A stretch of 64,000 nt of DNA from Bacillota bacterium (GCA_029781045.1 JAKOXL010000029.1:86627-150626); one strand, 5' to 3'; counted from the first letter of the stretch, positions 41,788-50,094 are shown. Numbers and translations: made by a program. The notes: generated by a model from the letters alone, not told the origin.

Positions 41788-42579
41788 CTAACGCTCACAG
41801 GGTGCGTCGCATTCTGAGCATTTGCGTTTCCTTGCCTTTAGGGGTGGCTCCTTCTTTAGCTCCTGAACGAACTGCATAAGATCCCTAATCGCCTCTGCCT
41901 CTCCTCGGGCAGCCATGGTGATGGCTCCTTCCGAACCATCCACACCGCCAGCAGCCACGACGGCGGCCTCCACACCATATAAGGCGTTAAGGGCCTCAAC
42001 TTCCGTTATTATTTGCCCGGTACTCACTACAAACATACCACAGGCCATTCCCCAGCGGTGATCTACCCGTTCACGGCCTAGGAAGCTGCTGGCCAAGACC
42101 ACATCGGGCACCAACTTTTCCATACCAACAGGCATAATGAGGTGGGCCCCACTAGCGGCTAGATAGCCCATAGCCTGTCCTATAGTACCACCTGAACTGG
42201 AACCCAGGAGAATGCCTGCATTACCCTGCAAGTCAATGGCATTCGCCCCTTTAACAAAAACGTCATTGGGGCCAAACTCCTTTACAACCTCCGTCCAAGG
42301 ACGTTCCACTCGTTCTCCTTGCACAAAGACAGCCGGTGTTTGGCGAGTTGCAGGATCAGACGTGCACGCTACGCCGTTCGTGACAATGCCAGCGGTGTAA
42401 CTGCCCTTATCGATCGAAGTCCCTGTCAGTTCCTCCAAGACATAGGCATTAGTTGTGCCACCAGCCACGATTAAACGCCCGTGGTGCATGGCGTGTTGCA
42501 CACAAGCCATGCGAGCCACCGCCCGCCCTATCAAACGCTTTGATTGACTGGGCGTTAGAGTAAAAAAGCAAGTTTGCAT
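41788..42579 (-). CDS. Conserved hypothetical protein with a C-terminal CxxCxxxC tail
   Basis: RBS GGAGG lies 8 nt before the ATG at 42579. Gly-rich Rossmann-like core. It ends in KRKCSECDAPCER. Confidence 0.5.
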   Translation of the reverse strand: MQTCFFTLTPSQSKRLIGRAVARMACVQHAMHHGRLIVAGGTTNAYVLEELTGTSIDKGSYTAGIVTNGVACTSDPATRQTPAVFVQGERVERPWTEVVKEFGPNDVFVKGANAIDLQGNAGILLGSSSGGTIGQAMGYLAASGAHLIMPVGMEKLVPDVVLASSFLGRERVDHRWGMACGMFVVSTGQIITEVEALNALYGVEAAVVAAGGVDGSEGAITMAARGEAEAIRDLMQFVQELKKEPPLKARKRKCSECDAPCER

Positions 42580-42647
42580 ATCTTCTACCTCCGCGCAATA
42601 GCGAAATATGATCACTCCTATTATACCTCTAACGTGGCCACTTAGGT

Positions 42648-43286
42648 TTAGGCTGTTTCACTAATGCGAGCATCAATCTTCCGCTTTACTCGGCAGAGGG
42701 CATTATCAACAGCTTTAGGAGTAGTTGCTAGGGCGGAGGCTATTTCTCGATAGGACTGGTCATTAAGGTATAGCAGGAATACCTTATACTCAAAATCGCT
42801 GAGGAGGTAGCGTAAGCTATCACACACGTCGGCCAGCTGTTCCCTTACCTCAAACATCTCGGCTGGATCAGTAATACGCTCGTCGGGCAAGACTTCCAGT
42901 AGTTGTCTGTCCGACCCATCAGTATAGATGGGTTTGTCTAGCGAGAGGTAGTAGTTAAGAGGTGCGTGTTTCTGTCGCGACGCTGCTTTAACTGCGGTAA
43001 TCACTTGGCGGGTGATGCACATTTCGGCAAAGGGACGAAAGCTTGTCCCACGCATGGGTGAAAAGTCCCGCATTGCTTTGTGTAACCCTATGAGGCCTTC
43101 CTGCAGGATATCTTCACGGTCAGCACCTGCAATGAAATAGGATTTGGCTTTACTCATGATCAGCGAACGGTACTTGAGCAGCAAGTAGTCTCCTGCAGCG
43201 TCGTCGCCGTTCTGCGCTGCTTCCACAAGCTCTTCATCCGTCAATCCTGCATAACGAGCCTGATCTCCCATATCCAATTGCAGCAT
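42648..43286 (-). CDS. sigH: Sporulation sigma factor SigH
   Basis: Sigma-70 regions 2 and 4 with a SigH-type sequence (DILQEGLIGLHKAMRDF, FAEMCITRQVITAVK). Confidence 0.9.
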   Translation of the reverse strand: MLQLDMGDQARYAGLTDEELVEAAQNGDDAAGDYLLLKYRSLIMSKAKSYFIAGADREDILQEGLIGLHKAMRDFSPMRGTSFRPFAEMCITRQVITAVKAASRQKHAPLNYYLSLDKPIYTDGSDRQLLEVLPDERITDPAEMFEVREQLADVCDSLRYLLSDFEYKVFLLYLNDQSYREIASALATTPKAVDNALCRVKRKIDARISETA

Positions 43287-43334
43287 TACACTTAACCTCC
43301 TGCTACCAGTGATTAATTTTGGTAATCCATGAAG

Positions 43335-43363
43335 ATATTAACCAACAAAAATACCATTGTCAA
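43335..43363 (-). promoter_or_regulatory. Candidate sigma-A promoter of sigH (TTGACA-N17-TAATAT)
   Basis: Hexamers read on the minus strand. Confidence 0.5.
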
Positions 43364-43420
43364 TGCAAAATGCTGAAAATTACGCACTGTGGAATACCTA
43401 TTTTACTGAACTAACATTAC

Positions 43421-43447
43421 TTCGACACTATTCTGTTCAATTCGACA
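43421..43447. promoter_or_regulatory. Two Spo0A (0A) boxes
   Basis: TTCGACA, the reverse complement of TGTCGAA, at 43421-43427 and 43441-43447. They lie exactly 20 bp apart, upstream of the sigH promoter. Confidence 0.45.
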
Positions 43448-43544
43448 CAGAGTCACTTTTTCCCTGTTGCATTAGTGACAAGACCGTGCTATACTAATTG
43501 ACGCACGCCCGCCTATGCGGACGAACACTTCACAGATAAGGAAC

Positions 43545-43573
43545 TTGACGCTATAATTGTTATCGGGTATAAT
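43545..43573 (+). promoter_or_regulatory. Promoter of the tRNA operon (TTGACG-N17-TATAAT)
   Basis: Hexamers at 43545-43550 and 43568-43573, 15 nt before the first tRNA. Confidence 0.55.
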
Positions 43574-43588
43574 TCTATTTGTTCGCCG

Positions 43589-43666
43589 CGGGGCGTAGCG
43601 CAGCTTGGCTAGCGCGCCTGCCTTGGGAGCAGGAGGCCGGGGGTTCAAATCCCTCCGCCCCGACCA
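43589..43666 (+). tRNA. tRNA-Pro (TGG)
   Basis: Acceptor CGGGGCG/CGCCCCG, anticodon loop CTTGGGA and an encoded CCA. Confidence 0.9.
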
Positions 43667-43677
43667 TGGCTATACGT

Positions 43678-43752
43678 GGCCCCATAGTGAAGTGGTTAAC
43701 ACACCAGCCTTTCACGCTGGCGACGCGGGTTCGAATCCCGCTGGGGTCACCA
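43678..43752 (+). tRNA. tRNA-Glu (TTC)
   Basis: Anticodon stem CCAGC/GCTGG, loop CTTTCAC and an encoded CCA. Confidence 0.9.
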
Positions 43753-43765
43753 TCCTTGAAAAGAG

Positions 43766-43841
43766 GCCGACGTAGCTCAATTGGTAGAGCAACTGATTTG
43801 TAATCAGTAGGTTGCGGGTTCGAGTCCCATCGTCGGCTCCA
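43766..43841 (+). tRNA. tRNA-Thr (TGT)
   Basis: Acceptor GCCGACG/CGTCGGC, loop TTTGTAA and an encoded CCA. Confidence 0.9.
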
Positions 43842-43849
43842 TATATTGT

Positions 43850-43934
43850 GGAGGGATACCCAAGTGGCTAAAGGGGGCAGACTGTAAATCTGTTGGCGAT
43901 GCCTTCGCTGGTTCGAATCCAGCTCCCTCCACCA
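43850..43934 (+). tRNA. tRNA-Tyr (GTA)
   Basis: Loop CTGTAAA, a long variable arm and an encoded CCA. Confidence 0.9.
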
Positions 43935-43945
43935 CTCCATTTCGC

Positions 43946-44020
43946 TGGGGTGTCGCCAAGCGGTAAGGCACAGGACTTTGACTCCTGCATTCGTTGGTTC
44001 GAATCCAGCCACCCCAGCCA
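43946..44020 (+). tRNA. tRNA-Gln (TTG)
   Basis: Acceptor TGGGGTG/CACCCCA, loop CTTTGAC and an encoded CCA. Confidence 0.9.
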
Positions 44021-44027
44021 TTTTCTT

Positions 44028-44102
44028 GGGCCATTAGCTCAGTGGTAGAGCACCCGCCTTTTAAGCGGGGAGTCGTTGGTTCGAGTCCAACATGGCCCAC
44101 CA
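44028..44102 (+). tRNA. tRNA-Lys (TTT)
   Basis: Anticodon stem CCCGC/GCGGG, loop CTTTTAA and an encoded CCA. Confidence 0.9.
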
Positions 44103-44110
44103 GTTTATTT

Positions 44111-44196
44111 GCGAAGGTGGCGGAATTGGCAGACGCGCTAGACTTAGGATCTAGTACCCACAAGGTGTAGGGGTTCGACTCCCCTCCTTCGCACCA
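44111..44196 (+). tRNA. tRNA-Leu (TAG)
   Basis: Loop CTTAGGA, a long variable arm and an encoded CCA. Confidence 0.9.
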
Positions 44197-44207
44197 AAAG
44201 AGTTCTA

Positions 44208-44236
44208 AAGCCGGAGCACAACTGCTCCGGCTTTTG
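44208..44236. terminator. Terminator shared by the tRNA operon and convergent cheR
   Basis: aagccggagca-caac-tgctccggctt followed by TTTG. Confidence 0.7.
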
Positions 44237-44247
44237 TCTTCTTTCCT

Positions 44248-45030
44248 TTAGATTCTTTGATAGAAAAAGGAATCAAGAATGCGAAAACCATATTCATGGG
44301 GACGGAAAATCTGCTCTGTGCTGCCTACAAAGAGGACTCCGCCCATGGTCAGGCTGGCGGCAAACTGGCGATAGAGCCTGTCCTTGATATCATCAGTAAA
44401 ATAGATTAATACATTACGACAGACGATCAGGTCTATGGCAGACGGGTAGGGATCAGCCAACAGGTTATGTTGGCGGAATTCCACAGTTTGGCGAACATCG
44501 GCCGCGATCTCGAAGGTACCGGATCGCTCGACGATATGCTGTTGCCTAAACCGTTGGGGAATCTGAGTAATCTGTGCAATAGGATATACGGCCGCCTGGG
44601 CCCTTTGCATAACAACACTATCTATATCGGTTGCTAATATCTTGTAGCGGATGCCGGGGAAAGAGGTTTTCAGCAGCATAGCTAGGGAGTAGGGTTCCTC
44701 ACCAGTGGAACAGGCGGCACTCCAGATCCGAAGACTGTTGTCGTTCTTCTGCTCTAAGATCTGGGGAAGAATTCTTTGCTCTAGTACTTGCCATCGTTCC
44801 ACGTTACGAAAGAACTCGGACACATTGATGGTAATCCGATCCATGAATTCATTCAGAGCTTGTCTATCGCTGGCCAGCAGGTTGTAATAGGCTAAGAAGG
44901 ATTGGTAACCCCTCCGATTCATGAGGCTCTCAATGCGCCTCCTCATCTGCTTCTCTTTGTAACCACTGAGATCCACATTGATAAGCTCTTTTACCTTACC
45001 TGTAAACAGGGTATATTCATCGGTGGACAT
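44248..45030 (-). CDS. cheR: Chemotaxis protein methyltransferase CheR
   Basis: CheR N-domain and SAM-binding domain (RIWSAACSTGEEPYSLA). Confidence 0.9.
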   Translation of the reverse strand: MSTDEYTLFTGKVKELINVDLSGYKEKQMRRRIESLMNRRGYQSFLAYYNLLASDRQALNEFMDRITINVSEFFRNVERWQVLEQRILPQILEQKNDNSLRIWSAACSTGEEPYSLAMLLKTSFPGIRYKILATDIDSVVMQRAQAAVYPIAQITQIPQRFRQQHIVERSGTFEIAADVRQTVEFRQHNLLADPYPSAIDLIVCRNVLIYFTDDIKDRLYRQFAASLTMGGVLFVGSTEQIFRPHEYGFRILDSFFYQRI

Positions 45031-45165
45031 CCAGATGCCTTCTCCCTTCTTCCTTTTCTCATATTTAACAAACAGCAGCCTTCTCCGTTCCCGCTCAGGT
45101 CAGATAGGCTGCTGTATTACTCGCATATGATTCTTTTCAGCCTTGGAGAGGTACTAGACGTGCCG

Positions 45166-45540
45166 CTACATATTAGCGACCTGTTTAGGCGAGTCGAAAA
45201 TGCCTCGATCAACCTCCGTAGCTGTCATATTTTGAGCCTGAAAGTGTTTGGTGATGTAGTTACATGCGTCCCATGGGTTAACGCGCTCACCACAAGTGAA
45301 CACGTCAACTGCTGCGTAACCCAGCTCGGGCCAGCTGTGAATGGCCAGATGCGATTCTGAGATTACAACAACACCACTAACGCCCTGAGGGCTAAATTTA
45401 TGGAATACCACTTCTCTTACTTCGGCCCCAGCCTCTAAGGCTGCATTGACCATGATCTTCTCTATGAGCTGCACATCATTTAGGATGTCAGCAGGGCACC
45501 CATAAATCTCAGCCAGAATATGACGGCCCAGTTGATTCAT
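45166..45540 (-). CDS. speH: S-adenosylmethionine decarboxylase proenzyme (class 1, SpeH-type)
   Basis: [11 protein letters not shown] and the self-cleavage motif [13 protein letters not shown]. Confidence 0.9.
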   Translation of the reverse strand: MNQLGRHILAEIYGCPADILNDVQLIEKIMVNAALEAGAEVREVVFHKFSPQGVSGVVVISESHLAIHSWPELGYAAVDVFTCGERVNPWDACNYITKHFQAQNMTATEVDRGIFDSPKQVANM

Positions 45541-45587
45541 CTAATTCCTCTTCCTCCTTTTTCCAGTTTATCAATGGTGGTCAATTC

Positions 45588-45615
45588 ATTCTAGCAAATT
45601 GCTGACGAAAGTCAA
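45588..45615 (-). promoter_or_regulatory. Candidate speH promoter (TTGACT-N16-TAGAAT)
   Basis: Hexamers read on the minus strand, about 45 nt upstream of the ATG. Confidence 0.5.
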
Positions 45616-45631
45616 TCACCTAAGGGCTTAC

Positions 45632-45669
45632 AAAAAATATCGCGCCCATAGCTCTTCGCTACAGACGCG
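45632..45669 (-). terminator. Rho-independent terminator (minus strand)
   Basis: gcgtctgtagc-gaag-(a)gctatgggcgc forms an 11-bp stem with 3 G-U pairs, followed by GATATTTTTT. Confidence 0.6.
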
Positions 45670-45787
45670 AATACTGCCGCATTTCCGGTGCAACTCTCCA
45701 GGAAGTCCCACCAAGCATCCTGACTGTGAGTGACTAACCTGGAGCTTACAGTCAAGAATGCAGATGAAATTGACCAATACCATTGAT
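45632..45787 (-). ncRNA. Candidate ~155-nt sRNA or leader transcript of unknown class
   Basis: Bounded by the promoter at 45794-45822 and the terminator at 45632-45669. It has no SD-led ORF and contains crossing stems GACUGU/ACAGUC and CUCCAGG/CCUGGAG. Confidence 0.3.
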
Positions 45788-45793
45788 GTCAAT

Positions 45794-45822
45794 ATTGTAG
45801 AGTAGAGCTAGGTATATGTCAA
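45794..45822 (-). promoter_or_regulatory. Near-consensus sigma-A promoter (TTGACA-N17-TACAAT)
   Basis: Hexamers read on the minus strand, in the gap between the EAL gene stop and speH. Confidence 0.5.
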
Positions 45823-45860
45823 TAGTTAAGCTTTAAATGGTTAAGCGTCTCCTTTTCTTT

Positions 45861-48113
45861 TCAGCAGCGTTTGTCTTGCTCCAAGAGCCGGATTACTCCT
45901 TCGGGAGCTAACGGTTTGCTGAACAAGTAACCCTGCATAAAGTCACAGTTGTTACTACACAGATATTCCCTTTGAGAAAGGTCCTCCACACCTTCTGCTA
46001 CCACAAACAGCCCTTGTCGATGGGCCATAGTGATAATGTCCCGGGTGATTGCTTGCTCTGGTTCAATCAAAAGCAGACTATCTATGAAAGACTTGTCGAT
46101 CTTGATACCATGTATCCGTAATCCTTGGGTACGGCTAAGCGACGAATATCCAGTACCGAAGTCGTCAATGGCAATCTGGATACCAAGGTCTGCCAGGTCG
46201 GCTAACTTATCATTTATGGCTCCATACTCATCCATTAGTAATGACTCGGTAATTTCCAGAGTTAGATGTCCAGGTTCCACCCCCACTGCCTGAGTAATAG
46301 CAAACACATCCGAGACAAAACTATCTTGCAGTAGCTGTACGAGCGATATGTTTATCGACATCTTAAGGTCTTCATACCCCAGTTTCCTCAGCTCGGCCAG
46401 GAACCCACATGCCAACCTTAAGATATGTTGTCCCAATGGGATTATGAGTCCTGTCTGTTCAGCTATCGGAACAAACTCGGCCGGGGAAACATTGCCCAGC
46501 TGAGCGCTTCGCATACGTGTCAGCGCTTCCAAACCAACAATTCTATTCTGCCTGAGCTCAACGATGGGCTGATACACCAAGTAAATGCTCTCTGCAATAC
46601 TGTTACTGTCCACAGCAGCCCCCAGTTCCCTCTCAATGATGTTCTCCCTAAGCAGCTTCTCCTCCATGCTATTGTCGAAGAAGGCATAGCCCTCATTATC
46701 GCTTTCTCGGGTACTACTGGCGGCGATGGTAGCCCGTCTTATAATGGTATTAGCATCCAGTTCCTTGTGATCTATTTCCACAATGCCAACTGCCACCCCT
46801 TTACGTTTTGCCTGTAGGGGTTGGCGTAGACGGTCGATTACCTGTTGACCCAGAGCCACCAAATCTTGCCTTTCGTTATAGTCTTCCACGTATAGCAGAA
46901 AGCGGGCCGCCCCTAAGTGAAAAACATGCTGCACCGGGTCTTCAACCTGTAGCAGACTGGCGGCGCATTCCTTTAGTATCATCTCGCTATACTGATACCC
47001 AACAGCCATACTTAATAGATCAAGGTTGCAGTCGACGAGTAGGCAAGCTTTCTTACCATTTCCGTTGCCGTTAGGTGATCTGACAAAAAGCTCCTCGAAG
47101 TAGGTCTTGTTTGGAAGGCCAGTGACTGCATCGTAATATGAGTAGCGTATCAGGGTTTCATTTTTCTTCCGGTTTGCTGACAGCACGCCCATTAACAAGC
47201 CGAAGATAACCACCAGGGTTGTTATGCCAATGAGACGAACCCTGCTAAGCAAGAGCTTGGTATCTGCCAAGCGATGGTTTATCGAAAGGGTACCTAGTCT
47301 GCTTCCGTCAGCCCAGATGGGCAGCATTACCTGGTAATAGGGCTCACCAGCACTATATATTTCCGAAGCGAACTCCCGGTTAGCTTGAAGAGCGGCCTTT
47401 GCCTCGCTGCTAATAATGAATTCCCCTTCATGGCCATGAAAAGCAATGGGCTCAAAGTTGTTGTCATAGAAGACAGCGCACTTGATAAAGGGGTCGCTGG
47501 TGATCTCGGCCAATAGGTGTTCTACCTCAAACCTGCCTAGGAACTCATGAATCCTTTCGGCAAGTACGCCCAGTTGCAGAAAACGACTCGTGTCATCTAG
47601 GCGCCAATAGGCGTATTTAAGATAACGCTCCGATTCGCTGTCCTTTCTGATTTCGTCTACATGGCTCTTTTTTCCACTGTACATGAAGCTGTGCACCGGA
47701 TGCCCTTCTTCTGCCCGCCAGCCTAAATAGAGACCAGTATTGGAATAGACTATCTCGCCGACCCCATTGTAGACATAGATCTCATCCACCTGCATGATGC
47801 TAGCAATCTCCGCCAGTAGCTGATTGCTGTATTGCCCATCATAGCGGGCCACAATCTGGGCAGTGGTCATCAGCTTGTCCTCCAGCAGATCGTCAATTAT
47901 GTTTGCCGCCTCCGCCGCAGCCGCTAAACTCTGGGCATAGCTGTTGGCGATACGGCGAGTTTCATCTGCCGCCTGTTCATTATAGAAGTCTTGGGCGGAA
48001 GTAATAACTAAGTAACCAGCAGCAACAAACAGGGCGATAATTGGCAGCATTATCAATAAATACTCTCTCAGGGCAGCGCTTTTCGCTTTGACTGGCACAT
48101 TCTCTCCCTCCAC
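45861..48113 (-). CDS. Membrane sensor (dCache-like) with a degenerate GGDEF domain and an EAL domain
   Basis: Two TM segments flank a periplasmic domain. The GGDEF position reads HLGAARF. The EAL domain looks intact (GLEALTR, DDFGTGYSS, VAEGVE). Confidence 0.85.
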   Translation of the reverse strand: MEGENVPVKAKSAALREYLLIMLPIIALFVAAGYLVITSAQDFYNEQAADETRRIANSYAQSLAAAAEAANIIDDLLEDKLMTTAQIVARYDGQYSNQLLAEIASIMQVDEIYVYNGVGEIVYSNTGLYLGWRAEEGHPVHSFMYSGKKSHVDEIRKDSESERYLKYAYWRLDDTSRFLQLGVLAERIHEFLGRFEVEHLLAEITSDPFIKCAVFYDNNFEPIAFHGHEGEFIISSEAKAALQANREFASEIYSAGEPYYQVMLPIWADGSRLGTLSINHRLADTKLLLSRVRLIGITTLVVIFGLLMGVLSANRKKNETLIRYSYYDAVTGLPNKTYFEELFVRSPNGNGNGKKACLLVDCNLDLLSMAVGYQYSEMILKECAASLLQVEDPVQHVFHLGAARFLLYVEDYNERQDLVALGQQVIDRLRQPLQAKRKGVAVGIVEIDHKELDANTIIRRATIAASSTRESDNEGYAFFDNSMEEKLLRENIIERELGAAVDSNSIAESIYLVYQPIVELRQNRIVGLEALTRMRSAQLGNVSPAEFVPIAEQTGLIIPLGQHILRLACGFLAELRKLGYEDLKMSINISLVQLLQDSFVSDVFAITQAVGVEPGHLTLEITESLLMDEYGAINDKLADLADLGIQIAIDDFGTGYSSLSRTQGLRIHGIKIDKSFIDSLLLIEPEQAITRDIITMAHRQGLFVVAEGVEDLSQREYLCSNNCDFMQGYLFSKPLAPEGVIRLLEQDKRC

Positions 48114-48257
48114 CAGATCCTTGTAACAGGACCATTTCTACAAAATTGCAATTACTCCTGCTACTTGGCCTCCAGTGCGCCTCCTTTGCTTACCGCCATC
48201 ATTTTCTTCTCAATTTTACAAAAGGTTCTATGACCAGCTACAATTGATCAAGCTAGC

Positions 48258-48286
48258 TTGCAGATTAGCGTTGGCTGTAGTATAAT
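48258..48286 (+). promoter_or_regulatory. Promoter of tRNA-Pro(GGG) (TTGCAG-N17-TATAAT)
   Basis: Hexamers at 48258-48263 and 48281-48286. Confidence 0.55.
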
Positions 48287-48296
48287 GAGTGAGCGA

Positions 48297-48374
48297 CGGG
48301 CTGTGGCGCAGTTTGGCTAGCGCGCTTGCTTGGGGTGCAAGAGGTCGCAGGTTCAAGTCCTGTCAGCCCGACCA
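48297..48374 (+). tRNA. tRNA-Pro (GGG)
   Basis: Acceptor CGGGCTG/CAGCCCG, anticodon loop TTGGGGT and an encoded CCA. Confidence 0.9.
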
Positions 48375-48387
48375 TTCTCGAAATGTA

Positions 48388-48425
48388 ACAACCGTCTTGT
48401 TGAGCAAGACGGTTGTTTGTTTTTG
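48388..48425 (+). terminator. Terminator after tRNA-Pro
   Basis: acaaccgtcttg-ttgag-caagacggttgt followed by TTGTTTTTG. Confidence 0.75.
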
Positions 48426-48433
48426 TGAAACGC

Positions 48434-48467
48434 AGAAATCCATTCTGGCGCACCAGAATGGATTTCT
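48434..48467 (-). terminator. 15-bp hairpin downstream of spoIVA
   Basis: agaaatccattctgg-cgca-ccagaatggatttct, 16 nt after the spoIVA stop. The T-tract is weak. Confidence 0.5.
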
Positions 48468-48482
48468 AAGCCAAGCGGTCTG

Positions 48483-49958
48483 CTAGAGAATGATAGCTAT
48501 TAAGCCACCACTGCCTTCATTGACAATCTTCTCCAGTGTTTCTCGCAGCTTTTCTTGTGCATTGTCTGGCATACGCAACAGCTTGTTCTGAATGCCTTCG
48601 CGTACCAGGTTATGTAGTGATTTGCCGAAGATGTTGGTCTCCCAGAGTTTTTCTGGATTGGCTTCGAACTCTTCCAGCAGGTACTTGACCAGTTCTTCGC
48701 TCTGCTTTTCCGTACCGATTATGGGTGCAACCTCCGATTCCACGTTCACGCGGATGAGATGGTAAGCAGGAGCTGTGGCGCGTAATCGCACACCAAAGCG
48801 GTTTCCTTGCCGAATAATCTCCGGTTCATCCAGATCCATTTCTTCAAGGCTAGGCGGCACAATACCATAACCGGTGTTACGGGCGTCTCGTACCGCATCT
48901 TTGATCTTATCGTACTCCCGTTTCGCTTGTGCATATTCCCGCATTAAGGTTAGTAGTTTGTCGCGGCCACGGATCTCCACCTTCGCGGCCTCGCTCAATG
49001 CCTCCCAATAGAGGTAATCGGGTACGTTGACTGAAATGGCAGCCGAACCGGTGCCCAATTCCATAGTCTCTAGCACCACTTCCGACACCGCATCGCACTG
49101 ACTGAGCACTTCGATCAGATTGTCGATCTCTCTTAACTTCTTGACTTGCGCAGCCCCTTCCTTAACCGCATCCTCTAGTTTGCGCCGCAGCCAGTGCTTG
49201 TTATCCAACACGTTTACCCAAGGTGGCAGATTGACGGCGACCTCCCGCACAGGGAACTCATAGAGCAACTCCCTTAGAATACCTTGAATATCTGTCGGAT
49301 TTAGTCGGGCAGCGTCAATGGGCACTACGGCAGTTTGGTATTTTTCCTCCAGCTCAGCCCGGAGCTCCATGGTCTCAGGAGCAAAGGGATCGGCACTGTT
49401 CAGAAGCACCAGATACGGCTTACCCAGGTTCTTAAGTTCTGCTATCACCCGCTCCTCTGCATTCACGTAAGCCGAGCGAGGCAGATCGGTGATGGTTCCA
49501 TCGGTGGTTACCACTAGGCCGATAGTGGAGTGGTCGGCAATGACTTTTTGCGTGCCAATTTCTGCGGCTTCCTCAAAGGGAATCGGGTCTTCGAACCAAG
49601 GAGTCAAGACCATACGGGGCCCAGCTTCATCGCTGTAGCCAAGGGCGCCCTCCACCGCATAACCCACACAATCGACCATCCTCACCCGCAACTTGATGTT
49701 ATCGATGGTGATTTCGACGCCTTCATCGGGGATGAACTTGGGTTCGGTCGTCATGATGGTTCGCCCTGCTCCACTCTGGGGTAGGGCATCTTTGGTACGT
49801 TCTTTGTCATGCACATCGGTGATGTTCGGCAAAACCATAAGCTCCATAAATCTTTTGATGAAAGTGGACTTGCCGGTGCGTACCGGGCCCACTATACCGA
49901 GATAGATATCGCCATCGGTACGCTTAGCTATGTCCTGAAGTAGGTCAAACTTCTCCAA
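48483..49958 (-). CDS. spoIVA: Stage IV sporulation protein A
   Basis: (L)EKFDLLQDIAKRTDGDIYLGIVGPVRTGKSTFIKRFM matches the SpoIVA N-terminus. A TTG start at 49958 follows AGGGAGGGG. Confidence 0.95.
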   Translation of the reverse strand: MEKFDLLQDIAKRTDGDIYLGIVGPVRTGKSTFIKRFMELMVLPNITDVHDKERTKDALPQSGAGRTIMTTEPKFIPDEGVEITIDNIKLRVRMVDCVGYAVEGALGYSDEAGPRMVLTPWFEDPIPFEEAAEIGTQKVIADHSTIGLVVTTDGTITDLPRSAYVNAEERVIAELKNLGKPYLVLLNSADPFAPETMELRAELEEKYQTAVVPIDAARLNPTDIQGILRELLYEFPVREVAVNLPPWVNVLDNKHWLRRKLEDAVKEGAAQVKKLREIDNLIEVLSQCDAVSEVVLETMELGTGSAAISVNVPDYLYWEALSEAAKVEIRGRDKLLTLMREYAQAKREYDKIKDAVRDARNTGYGIVPPSLEEMDLDEPEIIRQGNRFGVRLRATAPAYHLIRVNVESEVAPIIGTEKQSEELVKYLLEEFEANPEKLWETNIFGKSLHNLVREGIQNKLLRMPDNAQEKLRETLEKIVNEGSGGLIAIIL

Positions 49959-50094
49959 AGGTTTCCCCTCCCTTTCTGCCTGAGACGTCGATCGATACCG
50001 ATCTCTCGACCCGCCCGGCATTTCCACTCAGTTTTACTTAGCTTTAGCAGCTAGCTTGTTTGCTCAAAACCTACGGCACAGCTTGGCTAGTACA

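Noticed and set aside
43575-44163. ORFs 43575-44021(-), 43579-43803(+) and 43804-44163(-) from the track
   Set aside because: They lie entirely over seven well-formed tRNA genes, have no RBS, and their sequence reads as tRNA read-through.
45632-45780. 57-aa ORF (MVLVNFICILDCKLQ...) inside the candidate sRNA
   Set aside because: There is no SD sequence upstream of its ATG, and it runs through the terminator stem into the U-tract. It is more likely non-coding.
48265-48486. ORFs 48265-48453(-) and 48289-48486(+)
   Set aside because: They overlap tRNA-Pro(GGG) and two terminator hairpins, and neither has an SD sequence.
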